From Candidatus Heimdallarchaeota archaeon (GTDB lineage: Archaea > Asgardarchaeota > Heimdallarchaeia > Hodarchaeales > Hodarchaeaceae): 64,000 bases of DNA. The stretch spans positions 3,552,050 to 3,616,049 of the forward strand of contig CP070695.1 of the NCBI GenBank assembly GCA_020353515.1, in the 5' to 3' direction. This document shows, one piece after another, positions 46,940 through 57,884 of the stretch. Position 1 is the first letter of the stretch. Each line of letters starts with the position of its first letter. The notes below the pieces were generated by a model. That model was given only the letters and a program-made list of their open reading frames with translations, had not been told where the DNA came from and did no database searches. The translations under genes and the position numbers were made by a program.

Positions 46940-48301
46940 TTATTGTGTACCTGTTGAGAAATTAACATCTTCAACAAGCATTGCAGGAGCAAAGGTCGGA
47001 ATAGTAACTTCAATCCACCATTTTATTTGTCTAACCTTGTTTTGTACTGCAATAATGTTTTTTACTAAATTCGGGAATGTCTCTGAGATCCGAAGCTCAC
47101 GAAGAGGTTCTTGAATCTCCCCATCCTCAATTAGAAACATCCCATCTCGGGGAATTGTACTGAACACGCCTTCAGCGGCATTGGTCATCGTTGTATACCA
47201 ATTAGATGTAACGTAGATTGTTGGTTTTTTGCACTCACTTATCATTTCCTCAAAAGAAAAATTACCTGGTTCGATCATGATGTTACTATTCTGGGGAGAA
47301 ATAATTCCTGCATTAGCAGTAGTAACTGTACCAGCTTTTTTTGCGGTACTTGTGTTTTGAATCAGATTTTTTAGAACACCATTCTCAATTATGAGTGTTC
47401 GTTGGCTTGGAACCCCTTCAGCATCGGCACAACGACTTCCAAGAGCATTTGGTATAGTAGCATCATCATAAGCTGTAAGAAGTTCTGATGAAATTGTTTC
47501 TCCAATTTTATCTTTTAACCAAGATTGCCCTATTTCAATAGTAAAAGGATTGGCTAAACGAACTGGATTTGCTATGATATCAGCAACAACTGTTGGTGAT
47601 AATAATGCGTCAAATACCCCATTTTTTCCTGGTTTCGCTCCTTTTGACTGAACTGCGATTGTTCCTGCATTATCTCCAGCTTGAAAAGTGTCTAATGTAT
47701 CAAGTTTACGTCCAATACTCATTCCTTGACCAGATTCAATAGGTGTTAGAAAAGAACGAATTAAGAATTCAAATCTAGATATGCTTTCGGTTGTATTCAC
47801 CCCATGATTTGTAAGTAACATGTTATTAGAATAGCCCCATTCAAGAATACCAGCGCTGTGATTTGCTCCAGACTCCATTGCAGAATTAAGCCCCTGTTCA
47901 ACCATATCTACTGCATTATCAGAAAAATTTATTATTTTTGGGTCATAAAGGTCTGGGACTGATTTATAGTTAAACGGTCCTTCCGCTATTCCACCGTAAT
48001 CTTCTTTCGGAGGAAGGACAGAGCTAAATTTCAATAAATCATCTAATGCGTTGTAAATAGAATCTATTGATGAGATATCTGAAATTTCCGTGCCTGCCAT
48101 TTTCTTGTTTTTTACATAAAAGAAGAACAATTTAACGTTTGCCCAACGCTTACTCACGATGATGTTATTTCGACTGAATCGAAGTTGATAATTTACTTGT
48201 TCGGTACCAGACACAATGACATCTTCAGGATTATTTTTTTCTAAATAAACTAATGATTTTTCTAAAACAGTGTTAAGATCTAATTCTTCAGTCTGTTTCA
48301 C
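46940..48301 (-). CDS. pmbA: TldE/PmbA family protein
   Basis: LRFSRNNI, DAEGVPSQRTLIIENGVL, TTANAG, FLIEDGEI; directly downstream of tldD. Confidence 0.9.
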   Translation of the reverse strand: MKQTEELDLNTVLEKSLVYLEKNNPEDVIVSGTEQVNYQLRFSRNNIIVSKRWANVKLFFFYVKNKKMAGTEISDISSIDSIYNALDDLLKFSSVLPPKEDYGGIAEGPFNYKSVPDLYDPKIINFSDNAVDMVEQGLNSAMESGANHSAGILEWGYSNNMLLTNHGVNTTESISRFEFLIRSFLTPIESGQGMSIGRKLDTLDTFQAGDNAGTIAVQSKGAKPGKNGVFDALLSPTVVADIIANPVRLANPFTIEIGQSWLKDKIGETISSELLTAYDDATIPNALGSRCADAEGVPSQRTLIIENGVLKNLIQNTSTAKKAGTVTTANAGIISPQNSNIMIEPGNFSFEEMISECKKPTIYVTSNWYTTMTNAAEGVFSTIPRDGMFLIEDGEIQEPLRELRISETFPNLVKNIIAVQNKVRQIKWWIEVTIPTFAPAMLVEDVNFSTGTQ

Positions 48302-48307
48302 AACTAA

Positions 48308-49750
48308 TCACCTAACCAAAATGTTCCGAATTCGAGTAGCTTTAGGCCCACCGTGCCACACAGGTGTACCTTGTACAGGGTCTCCCTTACCACACGTAGC
48401 TGCATCAAATTCTAATTTCTTACTCGCAGCATCAATCGAACTAAATAAATCGGGAGTAGTAGTCTCTAATACAGGTCTTCTAATTAATTCGTTTGTCAGT
48501 TCTCCATCACGAATTAAATATGCCTCTCTTCCAACATATTTGGATTGAAAACGTCGATCATCTATGTTCCACTCAGAATGATTTTTAATATAAATACCTA
48601 ATTTGATATCTTCAAGAATCTCATCAAAATCATAATCCCCTGCAGCAATGAAAGTATTTGCCATTCTTGGAATGGGTTCACGATTAAATGCAGAAACTCG
48701 AGCTGCTCCAGTAGATTGGGTATTTAAAAAACCTGCTGACTCTCTATTATGTAGCATCTCTTTGAAAATGCCATTCTTTATCAGATATCTAGGTTTACCT
48801 GGTATTCCTTCAGCATCATAGAGATAATAACCATATGAACCCGAAATGGTTGGATCATCAATTATAGTAACATAATCAGATCCTATTTTTTTTCCAAGTT
48901 TGTCAAGGCCGAGATAAGACTCACCTGCTTGAGCTGCCTCCCTTCCTAGGATCCTGTCAGCTTCTGAAGGATGCCCACAATTCTCATGGGCTATAATACC
49001 TGCAATATTTGGACCAGCGACGAAGTCTATTTTCCCTTTAGGGGATTTTTTGGACTCGGAAGCTACTCGTGTTAATATTTCAGCTTCCTTCTTCAGAAAA
49101 TTTACAATATCCCACTTTTCAATCCATTCATAACCTCCAGTGGCTCCTTTCTGAAAGTAAGCTTGCTCCATTGCTCCTTTAATTTGATCAACTGCAGTTA
49201 AAAGACCATAAAAGAGTATTCTAGGAATATCGTCCTCAATACGTGCTCCATCAGAGTTGACATAATATCTGTGGCTTATAGTGTCAATAAGTATGACTAT
49301 CCTGAAAGGAATCGGAAGATCAGATATATTCTTATCAATTTCAAATAAGATTTTCATTTTTTCTTCAGGATCAGTATCACTAGGTGATTGTACGACCTTT
49401 GCTGCATATTTCTTTTCGTAAGCTTTTTCCTCAGAAAATGTAATTGGATGTTTTCTTACTCTTGAACTTGCCTTTGCTAGTTTGATTGCTTGTGTAATAG
49501 CTTCATTCATCGAATTTCGGTTTAGAGTGTTAAATGACCCAAAACCCATAGCACCATCAACTAAGACACGAATACCTAGTCCTTTTGTTCGATCAAAAGC
49601 TCCCAGCTCTGGTACACCATTTTTCAAAACAAATTGGTTATTTTGAAGAGATTCAAACCGAGCTTCTACATAAGTAGCGCCTTTCTGTAATGCTAAATCA
49701 ATGGCTTTATCACATAATTCTTGTCCACTAACGCTCATAAACATGACCAC
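48308..49750 (-). CDS. tldD: TldD metalloprotease
   Basis: GLGIRVLVDGAMGF, HExxGH (HENCGHPSEADR), PIPRMANT, CGKGDPVQ. Confidence 0.94.
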   Translation of the reverse strand: MVMFMSVSGQELCDKAIDLALQKGATYVEARFESLQNNQFVLKNGVPELGAFDRTKGLGIRVLVDGAMGFGSFNTLNRNSMNEAITQAIKLAKASSRVRKHPITFSEEKAYEKKYAAKVVQSPSDTDPEEKMKILFEIDKNISDLPIPFRIVILIDTISHRYYVNSDGARIEDDIPRILFYGLLTAVDQIKGAMEQAYFQKGATGGYEWIEKWDIVNFLKKEAEILTRVASESKKSPKGKIDFVAGPNIAGIIAHENCGHPSEADRILGREAAQAGESYLGLDKLGKKIGSDYVTIIDDPTISGSYGYYLYDAEGIPGKPRYLIKNGIFKEMLHNRESAGFLNTQSTGAARVSAFNREPIPRMANTFIAAGDYDFDEILEDIKLGIYIKNHSEWNIDDRRFQSKYVGREAYLIRDGELTNELIRRPVLETTTPDLFSSIDAASKKLEFDAATCGKGDPVQGTPVWHGGPKATRIRNILVR

Positions 49751-49921
49751 AAAACAGATTTTTGTCTTAATATCTCGATTTTAGAGCTCTTCTTCTATTT
49801 ATTTATTAAACTCTGACTGTTCATGCAACATTAGCTGTCAAACTCAGGGTTTAAAATAGAAATGTCCTGATTAACAAAATGAAGATTTTCAGGTAAATTA
49901 AAAGATTAAGAGACGAAAATA

Positions 49922-51232
49922 ATGGCTTCGGAGGATATTGAAGAACTTTCAGCGGTTTCATCATCTATCTTTTATGCAATAAGAAATACTCCTGAAAATC
50001 AGAAATTATTACTAAATAATATAATAGTTCAGACTGATAAACGGGCACTAGCAACTTCTTCTGAGCAGTTGTCGGATATTGATGAAAAAGCTAAGGAAAT
50101 TCTTCCCATCAGGAAGAAAAAAGTAATGAAAATACTGCCTCTCTTCAATTTTTATTCAGAAATTCCACCTAGTAAAGAAGACAAACCTCCATTCAAGAAA
50201 AAGAAAAGAGAGAAAACGATTTCACCTACTAGACAGTTTCTTAGTACAGCTTTACAGGAGACAAAGAAGCATTTATCTCCACAACAGGAAACACCTCCAT
50301 CTAAACAAAGAACAATCTCAAAGAAAGAAAGAAAAATAAGAGAACGTAAAAAAATATATGATCAAACCATTAAATTAAATCAATTTATTGCTAAAAAGAA
50401 AGTTGAATTAAAGCCAGTCAAGAGAAAGGATATCAAATTACAAGAAACGAGTAGTACACAAGCAAATTTGGGGGTAGTTTTAGGTGATGAAGATCCTTTT
50501 CCATTCACTAACCTTTCTGAGTGGTTAATCTGGCATCATAACTACCCCGAATTAGCGTTTGTCCGAGAAGTATATGATCCTGAACAAATCCCAGACAAGG
50601 GGGATATAGAAGTGTTTTGGGTCAACATTATGAATGACCCTGAGTTTTTTAATCCCGAATGGAGAATTGCTGGATCAAGAATTGATATAGATACTATTAA
50701 ACAGCATAAGCGTCCTGATTGGGTACCAGAATGGGATATACTGTCATCATATACTGATGGTTTTTCGATTTTTCTTGAAGATGTATACCAACTTTTATCA
50801 AATTATCCAAAAGGCCTGAAGAATTATCGTTATCCTGTACTTCAGTTCGCATTAAAAGGGTTATTTTTGTTAGATTTGGTTCATAATGACAATGAAAGAT
50901 GGTTTAAAAAGGGAAAAAGAGAGGATCTCTCTCGACTTATAAAACTCGATCAGTTTATAACTGAACAAGATAGCCTCTCAACCTATCAACGACTCTTAAA
51001 CTCTGATGAAATGAAAAATGAGTGGTACCTCGGTTTAGTATGCTTTGATTTAATTATAATTCGCTCGTCTTTTCTCAAACAGTTTTCTCAGAATCAGCTA
51101 ACTGAAGATGAAAAGATTGAGGTTCTCAAAGAAGGAGATTTAAATCAAATCATTGGTAAAAAGCTTTCAACGATAGAAAAGCTTGAAAGAATAAATGTAA
51201 AGAATCTCAAAAAGAAACTCGGAGTAGGGTGA
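49922..51232 (+). CDS. Hypothetical protein
   Basis: 436-aa ORF with Lys/Pro-rich linker and aromatic-rich C-terminal domain; no recognised motif. Confidence 0.75.
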   Translation: MASEDIEELSAVSSSIFYAIRNTPENQKLLLNNIIVQTDKRALATSSEQLSDIDEKAKEILPIRKKKVMKILPLFNFYSEIPPSKEDKPPFKKKKREKTISPTRQFLSTALQETKKHLSPQQETPPSKQRTISKKERKIRERKKIYDQTIKLNQFIAKKKVELKPVKRKDIKLQETSSTQANLGVVLGDEDPFPFTNLSEWLIWHHNYPELAFVREVYDPEQIPDKGDIEVFWVNIMNDPEFFNPEWRIAGSRIDIDTIKQHKRPDWVPEWDILSSYTDGFSIFLEDVYQLLSNYPKGLKNYRYPVLQFALKGLFLLDLVHNDNERWFKKGKREDLSRLIKLDQFITEQDSLSTYQRLLNSDEMKNEWYLGLVCFDLIIIRSSFLKQFSQNQLTEDEKIEVLKEGDLNQIIGKKLSTIEKLERINVKNLKKKLGVG

Positions 51233-51261
51233 AAAGGTTAGAAATCAAAATTTGATCTATC

Positions 51262-52344
51262 TTACCGGGTGACACGAAAACTAAGAACTTGGTCTCTGAG
51301 ATCTCTTAATTTGGAATTCGATTCAAAAGCTTCTCTTACAGGGTGGATCATTTCATTCAAGTATGTTGCAACTGCGTTTTTAAGATCTGCAGGGTGAACT
51401 TCTCCCTTCATATAAGAAGTTTCTAAATCAAGATAAGAATTAAATTCTATATCTCCACCGAATTTAGAAGATCGTTCCACTTTAAGCCTATCATACTTCT
51501 CAAAAATGAAATATTGAGAATATTCAAGGATTGGATTTTCTTCAACAATTTCAGGACAGTATGCCTTTTGGATTTTTTTTCTAATCTGAGATTCATTATC
51601 AGTCATAAAAATTGCTGCGTCAGGATTAGATTTAGACATCTTTATATCTAGCAATTTCTCCTCGATGCTGGCATAAGATGCTTTCGGAGGATTGAGACCT
51701 CGAATCATGTGATGACTAACTACGATTGGTTTTGAACCAAATAGTTTTGGGCCTATTTCCCGTGCTAACATATTGACCTTACGTTGGTCCATACCTAATT
51801 GACATACATCTACCTCCATTTGAAAGATATCAGCGCATTGTAAGCAGGGATATAGGATTTGGGAAGCTTGAAGCGCTTCTGATTGTAATCGACCCATAAT
51901 TTGAGCAGTTCTAATAATACGTTTCAATGTTGAGTTCCGAGCAATTTGCATCACTTTTTTCCAATACTCATCATCTTTTACAAAATCCGAAGCCCAAAGA
52001 AAGTTCACATGTTTTAGGTCCATTCCAGTTAATCGCCATACTTCTATCAGGTATTTCCCAGCTGTTTGAATCTTGTCTAAATTTCCTCCAAGCTTGTTAT
52101 TGGCCCATCCATGCCAATCAGCGACTAGCATATTGAACGTTGCCCCAGCACCAATCATCTTGTTTACATTAATGGAGCGTAAGATTCCCTGAGCGATATG
52201 AATCTGCCCAGAAGGCTCAAAACCGTCGTAAGAGTAGAAGTTCTTCTTCGAATCTAATAATTCAATCAACTCTTCTTCAGTAACAACTTCTTCTCCAACG
52301 CTTCTGATAAGATTCAATCTTTCCTCGGTGCTCAATCCAATCAC
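51262..52344 (-). CDS. tyrS: Tyrosine--tRNA ligase (archaeal/eukaryotic type)
   Basis: YDGFEPSGQIHIAQ, ADWH, YPCLQCAD, GMDQRK, KMSKS, AYCP, HPADLK. Confidence 0.96.
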   Translation of the reverse strand: MIGLSTEERLNLIRSVGEEVVTEEELIELLDSKKNFYSYDGFEPSGQIHIAQGILRSINVNKMIGAGATFNMLVADWHGWANNKLGGNLDKIQTAGKYLIEVWRLTGMDLKHVNFLWASDFVKDDEYWKKVMQIARNSTLKRIIRTAQIMGRLQSEALQASQILYPCLQCADIFQMEVDVCQLGMDQRKVNMLAREIGPKLFGSKPIVVSHHMIRGLNPPKASYASIEEKLLDIKMSKSNPDAAIFMTDNESQIRKKIQKAYCPEIVEENPILEYSQYFIFEKYDRLKVERSSKFGGDIEFNSYLDLETSYMKGEVHPADLKNAVATYLNEMIHPVREAFESNSKLRDLRDQVLSFRVTR

Positions 52345-52560
52345 CTGTCGTTATAGATAGGGAAAAAGATTCATTTTGGTTAGTAACAATCTTTAAAGGG
52401 TAAATAAGGCTTCTTATTTCTTTTAATCCTGAATAAAGACTATCTAGAGCAAGATAAAAGACTCTGTTTTAGGTTTACGATATACTTTTTCAGCTAACTA
52501 AAAACTTTCAGAAAAACAAATAGCTCGATGAAAAACTAGCTTGTTGAGGTTATTTTATCT

Positions 52561-53256
52561 ATGAAGACAATAGGTCTCATCGGAGGAATGAGTTGGGAAT
52601 CATCCCTAGAATATTATCGAATTATTAATGAAACGGTCAAGGAACTTATTGGAGGGTTGCATTCAGCTAAGAGTATAATGTATTCTTACGATTTTGAAGA
52701 AATTGAGTCTCTACAACATCAAGGAAAATGGACCAAACTTATGGATTACATGATTGAAACGGCTAAGAGGCTTGAGAATGCTGGAGCGGAAATGATAGTC
52801 ATCTGTACTAACACAATGCACAAGGTAGCTGAAGGGATGCAACAGAATCTAAGCATACCAATAATACATATAGCCGATGCAACAGCAAGAAAGATATTAG
52901 AAAAGAAATTTCAGAAAGTTGGTTTACTAGGAACCAAATTTACGATGGAAGAAGGTTTTTACAAGGATAGATTGAAAAAAGAATATGGTTTAGAAGTAAT
53001 AATCCCGAATAATGATGAGCGGCAAATGGTTCATGATATAATCTACAAGGAATTAGTATTAGGGCAGCTAAAAGAACACTCAAGAAAGGTCTTTATTGAT
53101 ATTATCCAGCATTTAGCAGTTCAAGGAGCTCAAGGGATAATCCTTGGTTGTACTGAAATCCCTCTTTTGATAAAACAGGAAGATGTCGATATCCTATTAT
53201 TTGATACAACAACCATTCACGCTCGTTCAGCAGTAGAATATGCATTAAATGATTAA
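52561..53256 (+). CDS. Aspartate/glutamate racemase family protein
   Basis: IGLIGGMSWESS, ICTNTMH, ILGCTEI, FDTT. Confidence 0.93.
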   Translation: MKTIGLIGGMSWESSLEYYRIINETVKELIGGLHSAKSIMYSYDFEEIESLQHQGKWTKLMDYMIETAKRLENAGAEMIVICTNTMHKVAEGMQQNLSIPIIHIADATARKILEKKFQKVGLLGTKFTMEEGFYKDRLKKEYGLEVIIPNNDERQMVHDIIYKELVLGQLKEHSRKVFIDIIQHLAVQGAQGIILGCTEIPLLIKQEDVDILLFDTTTIHARSAVEYALND

Positions 53257-53366
53257 TAAAATAAATGAATTCCTATTATCTTTGAAATTACATATCAATC
53301 AGGTTATATTGTGTGATTTTCTTAGTATTCAAAAAATGTATTTAATTCGCTATTCAATTTAACATA

Positions 53367-56018
53367 ATGAGGTTCGTAGATATGTCAGTGTTTCAGCGAT
53401 TAGGGAAAGCTATCATATCTTCTTTCACACTTAAGAATAAAGAAATCAAAGTAGCTTGGATTATCATCTTAATTTGGTTAATCCTAGTTACTCCCGTTTC
53501 AGCATTATTCTCCGTAAGAGTGATGGAAAGCATGAGTACTGAATGGAGTTTCGTTCCTGCAGGATCTGAATCAGACATCGCTTTAGAGATCGTAGAGAGA
53601 GAATTTCCTCCGACTAACGAATCACTCATCGCTGTACTAAAATCTGAGACTGGTTTTACTTTTGATTCTACTCTGTTCAACAGTACCTTTCAAGCATCAA
53701 ACCAAACTATGGATGATTTAATCGATGCCACAATCGCTGCATCAAATGATAATTTCCTATATGGTTTATTTTTAAGTCTTGAGATCAATGAGTCTGTTTA
53801 TGAGTGGGGAATTGGAACGTTTGAGAATATTATTTCCCCTTTTGTACTCTTTCCAGGGTTAATTATGAGTTTTCCCAATCAATCAGATTTATGGGAAGAT
53901 TTTTGGACCCAAATGTTTTTTAATGACGACAAAGTAACTATGATTATCATAGGATTAGAAATTTCCAGTTCTGGCTTTTCTGCACTTGGTGTTGGAGAAC
54001 AAAATGCTTATTTTGAGTATATTCAGGAGCTAAGGGATTTTATTGCTGATAAATTACAGAAAAGAATTAATTTAGCCGCTGCTTTCCTTGGAATCGATGA
54101 TGTTAATCCTGATATAGAAACAAAAATTACTGGTTCACTTGCAATCTCTTACGATAGTCTGGAATCAACTGAAGCTGATCGGGAACGTATGGATTTTTTA
54201 ACAGTCGCCTTAGTTATCATCATCTTATTCATAATACTTCGGTCAATAATCGCTCCCGCGGTACCTTTGGTAACAATGGGCCCAGCTCTCCTTTTAGCTA
54301 ACACAATATTGTATTTTCTAGGAAATTATATTGAAATTGGTACATTTGCTCCAGTCATAGTCACAGTTTTAGGATTAGGTGTTGGGGTTGATTATTCTAT
54401 CTTTATTCTGACTCGGTTTATTGACGAAATAAAGGAAGGAAAAACTAGAGAGGAAGCAGTGGAAACTTCAGTTACGATGAGTGGTAGAGCAATTTTTTCA
54501 TCGGGTTTAGTTGTAATAATGGGATTTGGTGCATTATTGATACCAAATATCGAACTAATTCAAAGTATTGGATTGGGTGCTATTATTGCAATAATTTGTG
54601 GATTGTTATCAGCCTTTACATTACTCCCCTCCCTTCTTTATGTATTTGGTGAGAAAATTACCTGGCCAAGAAAAATTACAGTAGTAAAAACTCAAGAGGA
54701 AGAGAATGAGGAGTTCATAAAGGAGAGGAGTTCAAAGACAAATAATACAATTTGGGGTAAATTTGCACGATTTAGTATCCGTTTTGCGTGGCCTATCATC
54801 ATTATTGCTATAGCTATCACAGTACCTTTCGCTTTTTTGCTAGCCTCTTACCAACCATCTTATGATATATTATCTATGCTTCCTCCTAATGTTGAAAGCA
54901 GTGAAGCTTTTGAAATACTTGATGAGATAGGTATGACAAGTGAAATATATGGAAATAGTATGATTCTTTCAGGATTTAGCAGTTCAGAGGAATTATGGGC
55001 AAATTCTACACTTCATGCTATTGATCGGTTAGCTGAGTGGTTTACTAATACTGAAGCTGTACTAGACGTTGAAACCCTCACTCGGCCTTCATTAGGCCTT
55101 GTAAAGATCAATTTAATCAATGAAACTAGAATTAAACAAGGAATGGAAACACCATTCCTTTCAGTTTCGACTTTAAGATCCGCATTACCCCCTGAAACTA
55201 ACTTCGATATTATAGTGCAAAATTATGTCAATTGGAACCAAGCAAACAACACAGTGATCTTAAAATTAAAATTTGTTAATAATCCGATGGGAGTTAAAGC
55301 CATGGGTGATTTACGTTCACTTCGAGCTGAATTAAAAGATTTACAAAAGTTTGACCTTCCCACTAACGTTAATGGCTACATTTATGGTGGTTCCTCAATT
55401 AATGTTGATATGTCTAATGAAGTATATTCCGCTTTCCCCCTGATGATTCTATGGATCCTTATAACAATAATGCTTATACTAACATTTCTCTTGGGTTCTA
55501 TCACTGTACCAGTCCGATTAATTGTCACAATTGCCACCTCTGTAACGTGGACATTAGGGTTTTTAGTTTTGATGTTTCAATTTAACCTGGAAGAAATAAC
55601 AATTGCTTATCTCAATCCCCACATCAATATTGAAGCAGGACTTTATTGGATAATCCCCCCGATATTATTCTGTATATTATTTGGATTGGGTATGGATTAT
55701 GATATCTTCATAACTTCTCGAATCCGCGAGGAATATTTGAAAGGAAAATCAAACCATGAAGCTATTGAAGAGGGCTTGATGCATACAGCATCGGTCGTCA
55801 CATCCTGCGCAATAATCATGGCAGGCGCATTTCTTGCCTTATGGTTCTCCTATATTTTAATTCTGACAGAGATTGGACTTGGTATGGTGTTCGCTGTGAT
55901 TGTGGATGCCTCTATTGTTCGTGTTTTCCTTGTTCCATCGGCAATGGCTATTATGGGTGACAAGTACAATTGGTGGCCAGAGTGGGTGAATAAGAAGTTT
56001 GGAAAGTTCACTCATTAA
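53367..56018 (+). CDS. MMPL/RND family transporter
   Basis: Two RND repeats; LGVGVDYSIFILTRF, FGLGMDYDIFITSRIREE, VDASIVRVFLVPS. Confidence 0.93.
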   Translation: MRFVDMSVFQRLGKAIISSFTLKNKEIKVAWIIILIWLILVTPVSALFSVRVMESMSTEWSFVPAGSESDIALEIVEREFPPTNESLIAVLKSETGFTFDSTLFNSTFQASNQTMDDLIDATIAASNDNFLYGLFLSLEINESVYEWGIGTFENIISPFVLFPGLIMSFPNQSDLWEDFWTQMFFNDDKVTMIIIGLEISSSGFSALGVGEQNAYFEYIQELRDFIADKLQKRINLAAAFLGIDDVNPDIETKITGSLAISYDSLESTEADRERMDFLTVALVIIILFIILRSIIAPAVPLVTMGPALLLANTILYFLGNYIEIGTFAPVIVTVLGLGVGVDYSIFILTRFIDEIKEGKTREEAVETSVTMSGRAIFSSGLVVIMGFGALLIPNIELIQSIGLGAIIAIICGLLSAFTLLPSLLYVFGEKITWPRKITVVKTQEEENEEFIKERSSKTNNTIWGKFARFSIRFAWPIIIIAIAITVPFAFLLASYQPSYDILSMLPPNVESSEAFEILDEIGMTSEIYGNSMILSGFSSSEELWANSTLHAIDRLAEWFTNTEAVLDVETLTRPSLGLVKINLINETRIKQGMETPFLSVSTLRSALPPETNFDIIVQNYVNWNQANNTVILKLKFVNNPMGVKAMGDLRSLRAELKDLQKFDLPTNVNGYIYGGSSINVDMSNEVYSAFPLMILWILITIMLILTFLLGSITVPVRLIVTIATSVTWTLGFLVLMFQFNLEEITIAYLNPHINIEAGLYWIIPPILFCILFGLGMDYDIFITSRIREEYLKGKSNHEAIEEGLMHTASVVTSCAIIMAGAFLALWFSYILILTEIGLGMVFAVIVDASIVRVFLVPSAMAIMGDKYNWWPEWVNKKFGKFTH

Positions 56019-56131
56019 AAAGAAGATCAAGTAGAAGAAAACTAGTATTTTTCAAGTCCTAGTATTCTTAAACTAATTTAATCAATACAATATTTACAAC
56101 GTGTTAAATAGGAATAGCACCTCTACCTAGA

Positions 56132-57520
56132 GTGAGGATTATGTCAACCTCTTCAAGTCACGACATTAAGAAATATGGTCTCGAGTTTATTAATGACCTG
56201 GCAAAGGATCGGGAAGTAGCTGTACAGTCTCTCGGTGTTGCATTTAGTGCAATGAAAACAGAACTAAGGGAATCAAAGATTCTTACACGGAGTACCGAGT
56301 TCAAATATATTGACGACTTAATGAAACATTTCAGAGAAGAAGTCAATCGGAATTTTGAAAGTCAGCTTACTCGAATCACAATCAAATCTTTGGGGTGGAT
56401 TAAACGTGTTTTGCGGGGAGAACAGATCTTGGTCAAAGATGAATCCCGAGAAGAAGAACTTCAACAAATGATTAATGATTTATCCAGACAATTGAAATCT
56501 AAATCCGCAGAACTCTCTAAACTCTCAGAAATATCCCCTAGAATCCAAGCACTCGAATTACAAGTTGAAATCAAAGATCAGGAAATCCAAGAATTAAAAA
56601 CATTTAAGCTAAAGGAGATGCATGAACTTCAACAACAATTGCTTCAGGAGAAGAATCGGGCAGATAGTGCTTCTTTAGAAAATAAAAGCCTTCAAGAGGA
56701 GGTATTTGATTTTCAACTAGAATTAGAAGAGAGAATCAAACAAACAAACTCTTTAGAAGAACAAAATACCCAATTAAATAGTGAATTAATTGCTGCAAAA
56801 GGAGAGATTGCGAGAGTTACTTCTTCTCTTGAGCAAGCAAGGTCGGCTGTTGACCAAACAGATGAAGATGTCACAGCAGCTATGCAACAGTGGGCATTAT
56901 CTTACCAACAACAAGAAGAATATTTCCAGCAAACTCTCAAAGATACAAAAGAACAATATGAGGGAATGATAAAAAACAAATTAAAGGAATTAACTGATCA
57001 GCACCAAAAAGAACTCGGTAATCTAACCGAAAAACTTTCAGATCGGGATTCAAGAGGGAAAGAGTATCAAAATCAAATTTCAGAACTTGAAATGGAAAAA
57101 CAAACGATATCGGAAAGAAAAGAACAATTAGAGCTAGCAGTAGACGAGTTAACTCAAAAATATGAGGATAATCAACAAAAAGTTACAGATCTTAATCAAC
57201 AAGTTGAAAAATTACAGGTCGAACTTGAAGAAGAACGAACAAAAGAACCTGAAAGTATGGGACTTCAGTTACGGGACATTCAACTTACACGGGCGGAAAG
57301 TAAAGCAGAATGGTTAGAACAATGCCTATCTTACTCAAATTTTGCCCCCTTGACAATTCTAATTAGAATGGGAAATGAAATGACATTAGATGCTTTAGCC
57401 AAGAGCGTTGGGATGGATCCTATTGTCTTGGATAACCAACTTCAAGTGCTACATAAAAGGGACTTAATTGATATCCAACACGATGGTTTGATCGTAGCTA
57501 ATATTCCCACTACAGAATAA
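56132..57520 (+). CDS. Long coiled-coil protein with C-terminal winged helix
   Basis: About 290 aa of Q/E/L/K heptads; C-terminal MTLDALAKSVGMDPIVLDNQLQVLHKRDLIDI. Confidence 0.8.
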   Translation: MRIMSTSSSHDIKKYGLEFINDLAKDREVAVQSLGVAFSAMKTELRESKILTRSTEFKYIDDLMKHFREEVNRNFESQLTRITIKSLGWIKRVLRGEQILVKDESREEELQQMINDLSRQLKSKSAELSKLSEISPRIQALELQVEIKDQEIQELKTFKLKEMHELQQQLLQEKNRADSASLENKSLQEEVFDFQLELEERIKQTNSLEEQNTQLNSELIAAKGEIARVTSSLEQARSAVDQTDEDVTAAMQQWALSYQQQEEYFQQTLKDTKEQYEGMIKNKLKELTDQHQKELGNLTEKLSDRDSRGKEYQNQISELEMEKQTISERKEQLELAVDELTQKYEDNQQKVTDLNQQVEKLQVELEEERTKEPESMGLQLRDIQLTRAESKAEWLEQCLSYSNFAPLTILIRMGNEMTLDALAKSVGMDPIVLDNQLQVLHKRDLIDIQHDGLIVANIPTTE

Positions 57521-57605
57521 ATCTTTTGCAGTTATCTTATGTCGAATCGGATTTAAAAAATTATGCCGTAGCCTTATGCTAGGCCAGTAGATGGAAGAGC
57601 AGGAG

Positions 57606-57884
57606 CTATCTTCTTCCAAAAAATCCAAATAATCCTGCTCTAGTAGCTAACCGATAGTGAGCTTCTCTGAGATCTTTCAAATTGATGTGTTTCTCAATAA
57701 GGGCCTTATCTTGGAGTTGCCTCAAAGCAAAGTAAATTGTACGCTCTGCATAAGGTAACTCATTTTGAATTTCATGTACGGCCAGTGGAACCCTTTTTTG
57801 ATCTAAGAGAGTGAGGACTGCCCAAGCACTACTTGAAACTCTGATTTTTTCTACTGGATTGATATATGATGTTAAGTAGACCAT
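57606..57884 (-). CDS. Small winged-helix (MarR-like) regulator
   Basis: SAWAVLTLL..LAVHEIQNELPYAERTIYFALRQLQDKALIEK..DLREAHYRL. Confidence 0.85.
   Translation of the reverse strand: MVYLTSYINPVEKIRVSSSAWAVLTLLDQKRVPLAVHEIQNELPYAERTIYFALRQLQDKALIEKHINLKDLREAHYRLATRAGLFGFFGRR

Noticed and set aside
56132-57520. SMC/Rad50 ATPase
   Set aside because: No Walker A/B, signature, hinge or zinc-hook motifs.
57565-57605. GC-richer patch with small hairpin GCCT-TATGCT-AGGC between convergent genes
   Set aside because: A 4-bp stem is too weak to call an ncRNA or terminator.
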